Positions 37,052 to 45,586 of a stretch of DNA of 64,000 bases are shown here, piece by piece. The translations under genes and the position numbers were made by a program. The DNA is from a virus (taxonomy: Duplodnaviria > Caudoviricetes). The notes beneath the pieces are model-generated. The model had not been told where the DNA came from. It saw only the letters and a list, made by a program, of their open reading frames with translations, and did not search any database. Position 1 is the stretch's first letter. Each line of letters opens with the position of its first letter. The stretch spans positions 96,001-160,000 of IMG/VR virus record IMGVR_UViG_3300011217_000001; one strand, written 5' to 3'.

Positions 37052-37426
37052 TTATTCAGCGCTGGGAGCGTTCTCGCCGTAGAAGACGGGAACAACCAGG
37101 CACAGGCCCTGATCAGAACGCATGATCTGCGAACCGATGACGCCGACTGCGTCACGAGCGATGTCTTCGAGGATCTTCAGTAGCAGGGGATCTTCCTGCG
37201 CTGCCGTGGCAGTGCCGAAGCTGAAACCGCTCATGACCGTGATCGGGATGATCAGCGATGCCTGCTCTGCCGAATAGAACTTCACGATCGTCGGGGCATC
37301 GGTCAGGATGCATTTGAGCTGGCCTGCGAAATCGCTGGCAGCTTCGTAGCGCTTGATGGGCAGCGTAGCGCCTTGCTCGGAAGCCAGGGCAATCACTGCA
37401 TCGAAACGGATCTTCTCGTCGCTCAT
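37052..37426 (-). CDS. Hypothetical protein
   Basis: ATGA-coupled start MSDEKIR. Confidence 0.6.
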   Translation of the reverse strand: MSDEKIRFDAVIALASEQGATLPIKRYEAASDFAGQLKCILTDAPTIVKFYSAEQASLIIPITVMSGFSFGTATAAQEDPLLLKILEDIARDAVGVIGSQIMRSDQGLCLVVPVFYGENAPSAE

Positions 37427-37920
37427 CGGCGTTTGGTCTTCGGTGGTGGTGGGAGTGGGGTGGCTTCCAATTCCTGCCACTCGCGCAGGATCTTGGCGTC
37501 TTCGCCATAGCGCGGGAAGCCGGGCTGGAAGAAGATGGCTTCGTCGTTCTTGAGCGCAGCTTCGATGGCGTCGTAGTCCCCGGCCATGTGCGAGATGCCC
37601 GAGGGCTGGCGATCCAGATGGACCAGCTCGGGGTTCTGCAGCATGACGATGAAGGACTGCTCACGGATGGAGTTCTGCGGGAACTTGGCCGTGAGGAAAC
37701 GCCCTTCGCCGACCTTGAGCAGCATGACGAATTCGCCATGGGAAAGGTAGTCGGTATGGGACAGTTCCCTGGCGTAGCGACGTGCGCCAGCACGGATGCG
37801 ATCCACGATCAGATCACGCTGGTCGGCCAACTGTTGATCACGCGAACGCCAGCCCTGTTGACTACGGGGCACTTCCCAGTCGACCTTGCGACGCTGACCG
37901 TAGCTGTAGTAGTGACTCAT
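37423..37920 (-). CDS. Hypothetical protein
   Basis: 165 aa, coupled. Confidence 0.65.
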   Translation of the reverse strand: MSHYYSYGQRRKVDWEVPRSQQGWRSRDQQLADQRDLIVDRIRAGARRYARELSHTDYLSHGEFVMLLKVGEGRFLTAKFPQNSIREQSFIVMLQNPELVHLDRQPSGISHMAGDYDAIEAALKNDEAIFFQPGFPRYGEDAKILREWQELEATPLPPPPKTKRR

Positions 37921-38333
37921 GTGGCAGCCTTTTCCCTTTTCTTCTTGGCGCGATAGGTTTCGATGTATCCCCGCTGCTTTTGCAAACGCAGGGTGTGAGC
38001 TGCTGTGTCTTTGTACGTGGATCCATCCGCCAGTTTCAGGTAGCAGTCCGGGCGAGCAGGGTCTTGCATCCAGTGGCGGATACGAGCACTACTGACCTTG
38101 TGTACGCGAGCGGCGATCTTGCTAAAACGATATTCAACGCCATCAATCACCCAGCGGCACCCAGCGAACGACATGGCCGGTTTAGTGGCCTCATTGAGCT
38201 TACGCCAGCCTGAGGTCTCGGGCGTCTTACAGAGCTTGTTGAGGACGTTACGTTCGATGCCGGTTGCTTCTACTGCGGCAGTGATGCTTTCATACACCAC
38301 CCCGGCATGTTCTACTTTCACTCGATTGTGCAT
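37917..38333 (-). CDS. NUMOD1/IENR1-like DNA-binding protein, two repeats
   Basis: VEHAGVVYESITAA..GI and VIDGVEY...AAR..V. Confidence 0.6.
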   Translation of the reverse strand: MHNRVKVEHAGVVYESITAAVEATGIERNVLNKLCKTPETSGWRKLNEATKPAMSFAGCRWVIDGVEYRFSKIAARVHKVSSARIRHWMQDPARPDCYLKLADGSTYKDTAAHTLRLQKQRGYIETYRAKKKREKAAT

Positions 38334-38339
38334 GACGGC

Positions 38340-38894
38340 TTACAGATACTCTTCGGGCAGTGGTCCGTAGATGAGCTTGGCCATCGTACCCAGTACGCGT
38401 CCGGATTCGCCATTGGCTACATTACCGTGGAAATCCATCGCGTAGGAGAAGCCGATCTCGTTCCACCACAGTGCCACGTTGAAGCACGGGCACGCCTTCG
38501 GCACGCCCAGATCACGATGACCGATGATGCTCTCGATCTTGTAGGTCAGCTGCAGGTTCCAGATCTTGAGCGCAAGGGCACGCATCTGTGCCGGAGTGTA
38601 GTTGGCCGTCGGCTTGTTCTGTTCATCCACCCCGCCTTCCAGAGCCACGGCCACGGAGATGCGGTTGACCAGGGGTTCGTGCGCACCCATCATCGGCAAC
38701 GGGCGACAATGGTGCACCTTGCCATCGCGAGTGATGATGAAGTGATAGCCCGTGGTAGCGAACTGACGCGCCCTGTGGTTCTTTTCCACCCACTTGACCA
38801 CGTCAGGGAACTGCTCCGGATAGGTCGCCGTGCAATGCACGACAACCATGCGGATGTCTTCTTTCTTCATTACTTCCATCGTAGGCTGAGCCAC
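38340..38894 (-). CDS. N-acetylmuramoyl-L-alanine amidase (T7 lysozyme-like, Amidase_2)
   Basis: VVHCTAT, GYHFII, GAH, GHRDL, KACPCF zinc-ligand motifs. Confidence 0.9.
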   Translation of the reverse strand: MAQPTMEVMKKEDIRMVVVHCTATYPEQFPDVVKWVEKNHRARQFATTGYHFIITRDGKVHHCRPLPMMGAHEPLVNRISVAVALEGGVDEQNKPTANYTPAQMRALALKIWNLQLTYKIESIIGHRDLGVPKACPCFNVALWWNEIGFSYAMDFHGNVANGESGRVLGTMAKLIYGPLPEEYL

Positions 38895-38897
38895 GTC

Positions 38898-39269
38898 TTA
38901 CTCCCTTGGGTAGATACAGTCAGTGTCGCCATGCCCAGCGGCCTGGGCGAGTTTGTCTCGGTCGAGCCATTCGCACAGAACGCGCAGCGATGCAACCATC
39001 GGCATGACCCCGCCACAGACCAGGATCAATGGGACCAGGTAAGGGTCATAGGCGCCATTCATCTCCCCATTGAAAACAGCATGGATGAACGCCGCATTGC
39101 CGATGGGGAGCAGGATCAGCGGCGCTGCCATGTGGATCACCAGGGCGTCAATGCAACGACTTGCGCCGTTGTTGCAGAGGATTCGATTGTTGGCCCAGAA
39201 GATTGCGGTCAACTGGACCATCATCGTCAAGAACACGATGGCGTCTGCGATGAACAGATACTTGAACAC
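38898..39269 (-). CDS. Three-TM membrane protein
   Basis: Three hydrophobic segments; immediately upstream of amidase. Confidence 0.55.
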   Translation of the reverse strand: MFKYLFIADAIVFLTMMVQLTAIFWANNRILCNNGASRCIDALVIHMAAPLILLPIGNAAFIHAVFNGEMNGAYDPYLVPLILVCGGVMPMVASLRVLCEWLDRDKLAQAAGHGDTDCIYPRE

Positions 39270-39278
39270 GACCCTTCC

Positions 39279-39797
39279 TTATTTGCGCAGTTCGTCGAGG
39301 TTGAACGGGTTCAGTGCCTGGCCGGAGAGGTTACCAGCCAGCAGCTGAGCCATCGGATTGCAGCTGCGGATATCCTGGTCAGCACGAACCAGCATGCACA
39401 GCGTCTGGGTATAGACACCGGCCACATTGGTGACGAAGAAGACGCTGTAGGGAATCTCCTTGTACTTCTGTAGCTGGTTCATGTTCCCATACACGGTGGC
39501 GTTGCCGATCTCGAAGATATCGGTTTCCACGTAGATGGTGGCGTGGACACGCTCCATGGCCAGTCGAGCCACTTCAGCGCGGACGTACTCCGCTTCGCGC
39601 TGAGCGATCTCGGTCTTGGAGAGCGTCTCCTTGGAGGTCTCCAGATCTTCCAGCACCTTGACCGTAGCATTGGCGCGCATGACGTCCCAGCTGATACGTT
39701 CACCCAGCGGGGCGATGCGGTCGATATTGTCCAGCTGACTTGCATCGTTGACGATCAGGAAATACAGCCGCTTGGGATTGCGAGTGGTTTCTTCCAT
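39279..39797 (-). CDS. Hypothetical protein
   Basis: 172 aa, SD AAGGGAG. Confidence 0.7.
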   Translation of the reverse strand: MEETTRNPKRLYFLIVNDASQLDNIDRIAPLGERISWDVMRANATVKVLEDLETSKETLSKTEIAQREAEYVRAEVARLAMERVHATIYVETDIFEIGNATVYGNMNQLQKYKEIPYSVFFVTNVAGVYTQTLCMLVRADQDIRSCNPMAQLLAGNLSGQALNPFNLDELRK

Positions 39798-39878
39798 GGT
39801 ATTTCTCCCTTGGTGACTATAGGAAAAGCAATTCTTGTTATTAAATACGGCGGGAGGAAACCCCTCCCGCCTATGCCG

Positions 39879-40484
39879 TCAGTGACTTCCCCAGACTTGC
39901 CCGGCCTGCGACTGGAAGTCCATACGGATCAGTGAGCGATCGTGATACATCCACACAGTGAATGCTCCTTTCACGTCACTCGGTTCAAGCCACATCTCAA
40001 CTCCGGTACGGAACAGCGCGTACAGGAAACGACGCATGGCAGCCCCATGACTGTACCACTTACGTTCATCAGGCCCAGCGCCCCCACACCACTTCTCAAC
40101 TTCCATCTTGAATGGTTCGTCAGAACTGGTCGGGGAGTAGACAATCGCCTTCTCGTGCCGGGGCGGCATGTCACCCTTGGTATTGACAAGAGTAACGTTG
40201 AGCACCTTGAGCATGTCCATACTGCCCAGACCATGCAAACTCAGGAACCACATACGACGCCCCGGTACACGCAGGTTGTGGTAGATGTGGGTCGAATAGC
40301 TGGTGGGCTTATAGAAGTACTCGGCAAAGCGCATGAACAGTGGCGCAAACCACATCGGCAGTTTCTCCGACATCAGTGTCCGGAGAAACTCTTCCTGTCG
40401 CCAGAGGACGTCCACGGGGAGGTCGGCCATCCAGCTTGCGGAGTTTACAACGATGTGACGTTGAACTTGGCTCTTCTTCTTCAT
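39879..40484 (-). CDS. Hypothetical protein
   Basis: 201 aa, coupled. Confidence 0.6.
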   Translation of the reverse strand: MKKKSQVQRHIVVNSASWMADLPVDVLWRQEEFLRTLMSEKLPMWFAPLFMRFAEYFYKPTSYSTHIYHNLRVPGRRMWFLSLHGLGSMDMLKVLNVTLVNTKGDMPPRHEKAIVYSPTSSDEPFKMEVEKWCGGAGPDERKWYSHGAAMRRFLYALFRTGVEMWLEPSDVKGAFTVWMYHDRSLIRMDFQSQAGQVWGSH

Positions 40485-40957
40485 TCGTCGCCGCTCTCAT
40501 CCACGAACTCGTTGGTCAGATCAAATCCGATAATGCGCTGGATCTTCGACCAACGTACCCCTTCGCCAGTTGGACTTGGTTCGGTACGCCCAAAGAAACG
40601 CATGGCCAGAATGACCACGTCATCGACATGGTTGTCCAGATGTTCGACCATTGCCTGGCCCATCGGACCGGTGGGTTGGATGATCCCGTAGATGGCATCC
40701 TCACGGATATCCACCGACACGACTGCCAGGGCTACCGACAAGTCGTTGATGTATCCCTGTCGATGAATGCGCTCGGACATGGACATGCGTTCGCTGATCA
40801 GGGGTGGTCCGTATTCACCACGGATCAGATTGTTGGTCAGCCGCTCCTTGAAAGGCAGGCCAATATCTTCGTTGAAGAACTCATCGAACACCTGTTTACT
40901 TACGCCGTTGTTCTCATCGAACTTCAGCAGACGTGCTGCGTACTGCTTGGTTTCCAC
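40481..40957 (-). CDS. Prohead protease (phiKZ gp175/S80)-like paralog, probably inactive
   Basis: LIRGEYGPP, GIIQPTGPMG, LAMR, IIGFD; His and Ser positions substituted. Confidence 0.6.
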   Translation of the reverse strand: METKQYAARLLKFDENNGVSKQVFDEFFNEDIGLPFKERLTNNLIRGEYGPPLISERMSMSERIHRQGYINDLSVALAVVSVDIREDAIYGIIQPTGPMGQAMVEHLDNHVDDVVILAMRFFGRTEPSPTGEGVRWSKIQRIIGFDLTNEFVDESGDE

Positions 40958-40969
40958 GGTACTTCTCCC

Positions 40970-41503
40970 TTAGGTGTTCTTTTCGTAGTAATAGGACGGC
41001 AGTGCGATCTTCGCGTACTGCCCCTCGAAGCTAACCAGGATGACCCAGCTGTTGAGGAACTCGCCCTCAAAGAGCTTGAGGTAATGTACGGTTACATGCA
41101 GTCCGCCGAAGACGCGACCGAGATGGCGTTGCATCGTGGCCAGTTCGGTATCCAGGACTTCAGCGGGGCGCCCTGCACGCTTGATGATCGCGGTAATCAT
41201 GTCAACTACCAGACGACCGGCCTGCGGCAGGATGTCAAAGCAGACCTCGTTGTTGAGGACATGCTGCTTCTCGGTGTTGAGCCGGAGGCGGACGGTCTTG
41301 CGGTCGGAATTGGGGAACAGCTCAACGGTGACAGTGCCGTCGATCTGCTTGGCAAGATCGTGATCTTCCTGATAGAACCGTAGCGCTGGAAAACGACTGC
41401 GCAGCAGGCCGTAGATCACGGGCAGGGAGATTTCCTCGCCAGTGTCCAGCAGCTCGAAGCAATCATTCTCGGGGGCATACTTTTGGGTGTTGTGACTTGC
41501 CAT
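40970..41503 (-). CDS. Hypothetical protein
   Basis: 177 aa. Confidence 0.65.
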   Translation of the reverse strand: MASHNTQKYAPENDCFELLDTGEEISLPVIYGLLRSRFPALRFYQEDHDLAKQIDGTVTVELFPNSDRKTVRLRLNTEKQHVLNNEVCFDILPQAGRLVVDMITAIIKRAGRPAEVLDTELATMQRHLGRVFGGLHVTVHYLKLFEGEFLNSWVILVSFEGQYAKIALPSYYYEKNT

Positions 41504-41569
41504 CTGTTTCTTTTCTCTCGTGATTAATCGTGATGGTACGTGAGTACGGCGACGAGTAACTTTTGCTAC

Positions 41570-42136
41570 TTAGTTCTTGCGGCCGCGCCGCTTGATACGA
41601 CGACGGTTGCGGATCTTGTCGCGTGCTTTGTAGGTCGTGTAGTTCAGGTCAATGTAGTCGTCCAAACCTGCGCGCTTCACGATGTCCGCTATGCTCTCGA
41701 ACTTCCGCTTCTTCATCGCCTCTCGGGCAAGGAGGTTCCTGCGTATGGCAGCCTTCAGCACATCGGCTTCCAACGGCCCACCCGAGGGAATGCTTGCGGT
41801 ATGGTGATCACCCAGGATGTGCATGACCATCTCCAGGGTGCGATCCTTCCCATGTCCCATGAAAGGATTGAGTCGAATACCGCTGAAGGCAGCCGGGGAG
41901 ATATCCTTGGGAGCGGTAGCTACCAGCTTTGCCATGTCGCGCGGCAACCCGGCAACCTTCTCGAAGTAGTACGCAGGATCGGTACGCATGCGTTCCAGGA
42001 TCAGCTCCTTGTCGAGGTAGCCCAGCTCCGGATCGAAGATGTCCAGCTTGTCGACATGTTCGCTGTTGGCCTCCAGCCTGCGCTCCTGAGCAAGAGACAT
42101 GCGGAAGGGTACGGGTTCGTTCATTTGTTCATCCAA
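41570..42136 (-). CDS. Hypothetical protein with basic tail
   Basis: 188 aa; ERMRTDPAYYFE segment. Confidence 0.6.
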   Translation of the reverse strand: MDEQMNEPVPFRMSLAQERRLEANSEHVDKLDIFDPELGYLDKELILERMRTDPAYYFEKVAGLPRDMAKLVATAPKDISPAAFSGIRLNPFMGHGKDRTLEMVMHILGDHHTASIPSGGPLEADVLKAAIRRNLLAREAMKKRKFESIADIVKRAGLDDYIDLNYTTYKARDKIRNRRRIKRRGRKN

Positions 42137-42390
42137 AGGTTCTTGCCGCTGGGGCAGGTGTACTCAAAGTAAGTGATCTGCACTGGGGCGACTGAGTACT
42201 TGTCATCCGGTGCCGCTTTAGATTGCACGAACTGGGTAGTGCTCTTACCCGTAGTCGTACACCCCATGGCTTCCAGCAGGTTGGCTTCGTCCTTCGGTGC
42301 TGTCGGAAGGTTTGCCAGATAGAACAGCAATCCGAAAACTACAGCTACAACCATCAGACTCAGGCACGCCTTAATGGCTTTCGTGCTCAT
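42121..42390 (-). CDS. Small membrane-anchored protein
   Basis: N-terminal TM segment, Cys pair. Confidence 0.65.
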   Translation of the reverse strand: MSTKAIKACLSLMVVAVVFGLLFYLANLPTAPKDEANLLEAMGCTTTGKSTTQFVQSKAAPDDKYSVAPVQITYFEYTCPSGKNLWMNK

Positions 42391-42533
42391 TTCCCTTTCC
42401 TCTCCTTGACCTTCTTATCTTCGGCTACGAACTCCTTTGCAACTTTCTGCGGTATATTGTTACGCTCTGCGAAGTCCTTGTCGTGAGCGGCTGCACGCAT
42501 GAAGCGAGCTTGCTTTTCACTCTTGGAAGGCAT
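42387..42533 (-). CDS. Small basic protein (PSKSxKQARFM type)
   Basis: 48 aa, SD AAGGAG. Confidence 0.65.
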   Translation of the reverse strand: MPSKSEKQARFMRAAAHDKDFAERNNIPQKVAKEFVAEDKKVKERKGK

Positions 42534-42584
42534 CGTCGTTCTCCTTAGGGCATAGCCGGAGAGGTTACCCCCTCCGGCCACAGG

Positions 42585-43424
42585 TTAGATCAGAGGCAGC
42601 TGGATACCACGCTGACCCATGTACTTACCACCTCGGTCGGCGTAGCTGGTCTCGCATTCTTCCTCGCCACGGAAGAACAGGAACTGCGCGATACCGGTGT
42701 TGAGGTAGATACGTGCGGGGATCGGGGTCAGATTAGCGACTTCGATCACTACATTTCCCGCGAAACCCGGTTCGATCGGCGTAGCGTTGATCAGCACACC
42801 GGCACGGGCGTAGGTGCTCTTGCCGATGCACAGCGCAACCACATCGCGGGGCATGTGGAAGTATTCGCGAGTAACACCCAGACCGTAGCTGTGTGGCGGC
42901 AGCAGGATGTACTTCAGGCCGCTCTTCGGGCAAGTGCGGACCGTGGCGTCAACGAGACATTCCTCGTCGAACTCCATCGGATCGATCTCGGAAACGTTCA
43001 TACCGGAGAAGATCTTGAAACCGGCCTCATCCAGCGTCACGTCGTAGCCGAAGCTGGTCGTGCCGTAGGAGATGACCCGCTGACCGAACCTGACCATGTT
43101 CGGGTTCTTGAGCTGGTCTGGCAACTTGCGGACCTGCCCCGGTTCGAACGGTGCGATCATCGGACGCCAGTCCTCGACGTACTTCTCAGCGATCTCCTTG
43201 ACCCTCCGCACCCTGGTCGAGAAGTATTCGTTCTCAGCCAGTATGTCCTGTGGACCAAGACGCGCGCCCTTTGGGAAAAGTCTCGGATAGCTTTCCTCGT
43301 AGACTTCATCCATCTCGCTCTTGATCGTCTCCAGATCTGGAGCGGAGCAGAGGTTGCGAATGGCAACGTCGTTGAGGATACCGGTCTTACAAGCCTTGCT
43401 GACCGAAGCTGCTTGCTGGTTCAT
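42585..43424 (-). CDS. dcd: dCTP deaminase
   Basis: ISYGTTSFGYDV, GKSTYARAG, TPIEPGF.G, GIAQFLF, SYADRGGKYMGQRG. Confidence 0.93.
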   Translation of the reverse strand: MNQQAASVSKACKTGILNDVAIRNLCSAPDLETIKSEMDEVYEESYPRLFPKGARLGPQDILAENEYFSTRVRRVKEIAEKYVEDWRPMIAPFEPGQVRKLPDQLKNPNMVRFGQRVISYGTTSFGYDVTLDEAGFKIFSGMNVSEIDPMEFDEECLVDATVRTCPKSGLKYILLPPHSYGLGVTREYFHMPRDVVALCIGKSTYARAGVLINATPIEPGFAGNVVIEVANLTPIPARIYLNTGIAQFLFFRGEEECETSYADRGGKYMGQRGIQLPLI

Positions 43425-43440
43425 TTGAGTCCTTGAATCA

Positions 43441-43983
43441 CTAGATGCGGGTAACCCAGCCGTCAGGCTTCAGGGTTGCGAAGGGGTTGGTCATGTCACG
43501 ACCCTGGTAGCCGTGGAACAGGCGGGGTAGGTCAGTGCGAACGTAGAACTTGCACGACATACCGATACCGTGAGGGCGGCAGGGTTCGACGAAGAAACCA
43601 GTCAGCTGTTGCAGTAGACGTGTCAACGGACCTTCTTCATGCTCGTTGTACATCAGCTGCTCAGGCAGGGTGATGATGGTAGGGTGATTGGTGCGAGTGG
43701 TGACCGAACGATCCAGCAGATCAGCCATCTTGTTGTTCAGCACCCGCACCACGCTATGCAGCATCTGCGCCTTGACTTCGCTACCGATCGGATTCTTCAG
43801 CGGCTTGGTCTTGCGAGCGTTGGAGTCAGCATAGAGCTTCTGCATGCGCTCTTCTTCGCGCCTCATTTCAGCCTGTGCCTGATGACGCTGACGGAAGAAC
43901 TCATTGAAGACTTCTTCCTGATAGCTGTACGGACCATCGCTCGGATCAGGTCCACGTCGATTGTCACGGCTACGGTTAAACAT
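43441..43983 (-). CDS. Hypothetical protein
   Basis: 180 aa. Confidence 0.6.
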   Translation of the reverse strand: MFNRSRDNRRGPDPSDGPYSYQEEVFNEFFRQRHQAQAEMRREEERMQKLYADSNARKTKPLKNPIGSEVKAQMLHSVVRVLNNKMADLLDRSVTTRTNHPTIITLPEQLMYNEHEEGPLTRLLQQLTGFFVEPCRPHGIGMSCKFYVRTDLPRLFHGYQGRDMTNPFATLKPDGWVTRI

Positions 43984-43986
43984 AAA

Positions 43987-44415
43987 TCACCACTGGGTTC
44001 GTTGAACGCCGGTGCGGAACTCTTCCAGACCCGGGATACGGATCTCTTCCCACAGCTCACGTTCGTGCGGTTCGTATTCGGCATACACACGCGTGTTCGC
44101 CGTCACAGAGCGGATGAAGTCACCCACTCCATGAATTAGTTCGGGGGAGTTGTGGCCATCGCGGAAAGCGAAGTCGGCTAGGTAGATTCCCCAGTCAACT
44201 TCACGAGCCACCAGGATCAGTCCCACAACCTGCTGAGTGGGACCATAGATCACCGCCCTCAGATCAGTCAGGACGTAGCGATCCCCTTCATCGGACTCGC
44301 GCAGGTAGGTAAGCATCCCGCGTTCGTCATGATGGATGGAGTTGATGCCACGTTCAGCCATCAGGTTGAGGAACTCCACGTCCCCTACTTCGCGGAAGTC
44401 GTAAAGACTGTCCAT
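43987..44415 (-). CDS. Hypothetical protein, weak GNAT-like pattern
   Basis: 142 aa, SD AAGGA; VVGLILV...IYLADFAF. Confidence 0.6.
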   Translation of the reverse strand: MDSLYDFREVGDVEFLNLMAERGINSIHHDERGMLTYLRESDEGDRYVLTDLRAVIYGPTQQVVGLILVAREVDWGIYLADFAFRDGHNSPELIHGVGDFIRSVTANTRVYAEYEPHERELWEEIRIPGLEEFRTGVQRTQW

Positions 44416-44424
44416 GGTGATTCC

Positions 44425-44949
44425 TTATTTGACTACCTTCAGGAAAGGTCGGCCTTGGGTCTTGCTGGGGGTTTCCTTGGTGGGAAGCTTGCCAGCGTTG
44501 AGGTTTTCAATGTACTCGTTCAGAGCCGGGTTGTTACCCAGCGACATGCCCCTGCCGGACTCTTCCAGCATGAACGCCGACAGAATCGAATCGACGTCGA
44601 CGATGGCATCGAAGTGTTCGCCCTTGGAACGCGCAGAGAACAACAGCAGACTCACCGGGTCGTGCGGCTGCGGGTCGTCACCTTCACGGTAGAAGGTCAG
44701 ACCACGCGTAGCCTGCTCGCCGAGGTTCAGGACGATGATGGAGATCTCCGCACCCGGAGTACCGTCATCGTTCTCCAGTCGCTGTTTCTGGACCGGCAAC
44801 GTACTGGGCAGCTGATTGCCTTCCCAGTTGGCGACGATGCAGATATGGGGCGATCCACCCATGGCGAAGATCCAGTTGTACAGACCTTCGATGACGAAGC
44901 CGGCAGTGCCGATGTGCGGGTTGATCTGGTTATCACTACGCTTATTCAC
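44425..44949 (-). CDS. sspB: SspB-like ClpXP adaptor
   Basis: GLYNWI...PHI, IVLNL..A...L, FSAR..G, E.GRGM, C-terminal RPFLKVVK; GTG start after GGAG. Confidence 0.8.
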   Translation of the reverse strand: MNKRSDNQINPHIGTAGFVIEGLYNWIFAMGGSPHICIVANWEGNQLPSTLPVQKQRLENDDGTPGAEISIIVLNLGEQATRGLTFYREGDDPQPHDPVSLLLFSARSKGEHFDAIVDVDSILSAFMLEESGRGMSLGNNPALNEYIENLNAGKLPTKETPSKTQGRPFLKVVK

Positions 44950-45005
44950 GTCTTTCTCCGTGGTTACAATAGATTGGTTAGATGCGTTGGGGATTACTCT
45001 GTTCG

Positions 45006-45022
45006 ATAGTGTAGGTTTGAAA
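45006..45022 (-). promoter_or_regulatory. Early-type phage promoter upstream of sspB-dcd operon
   Basis: TTTCA-AACC-TACACTAT. Confidence 0.6.
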
Positions 45023-45201
45023 TACACTGGAATACGGCATAGGGGAAGAGCCGAAGCTCCTCCCCCAATACTCAGCCACATTCACCCTTGAGGGTAAGTG
45101 TCAGCATGTCAGCGAATCTGCAGTTCGCCTCGTGCTGCGCCTCTAACAGCGCCTCGGACACATCTTCTTTTTCTTTGGTTTCTTCGTCCATCACTCAAGC
45201 C

Positions 45202-45471
45202 TCATCCGAAAAGGATCAAGCCATTACGAGTCTGGATTGCACCTTGCAGCCAGTCACCTTTTTCGGTCGCATGCGGACCGACATCGAAGCCATGCTTGCG
45301 AAGCATTGCGATGGCATCGCGGTTGGGTTGACCCTCCCCGTCGATAAGTACTTCCTCGGCGAGATAGATGATCTCCGGCTGGAGCATCTTCAGTGCCGTG
45401 ATCGGCGACTGCTGATACGTACGCAGCTGTTCAACGAGATCACCCAAGGGGTCTTTGTGGTTCGTCCCCAT
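45202..45471 (-). CDS. Hypothetical protein
   Basis: 89 aa. Confidence 0.6.
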   Translation of the reverse strand: MGTNHKDPLGDLVEQLRTYQQSPITALKMLQPEIIYLAEEVLIDGEGQPNRDAIAMLRKHGFDVGPHATEKGDWLQGAIQTRNGLILFG

Positions 45472-45540
45472 TGTCAGAGTTCCTATCGGGTCTGTCGATT
45501 ATGGCAGGTACTACCCTGCCATAGGATTGGGGACGTTTAG

Positions 45541-45578
45541 GGCATAGCGGAGGGGGCATGAGCCCCCTCCGTATGTCG
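45541..45578. terminator. Hairpin flanked by TATG motifs
   Basis: GGCATAG-CGGAGGGGGC-ATGA-GCCCCCTCCG-TATGTCG. Confidence 0.7.
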
Positions 45579-45586
45579 CTGACGAA

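Noticed and set aside
41950-42010. Terminase-like ERMRTDPAYYFE segment
   Set aside because: Short motif only; no ATPase or nuclease domain in the 188-aa protein
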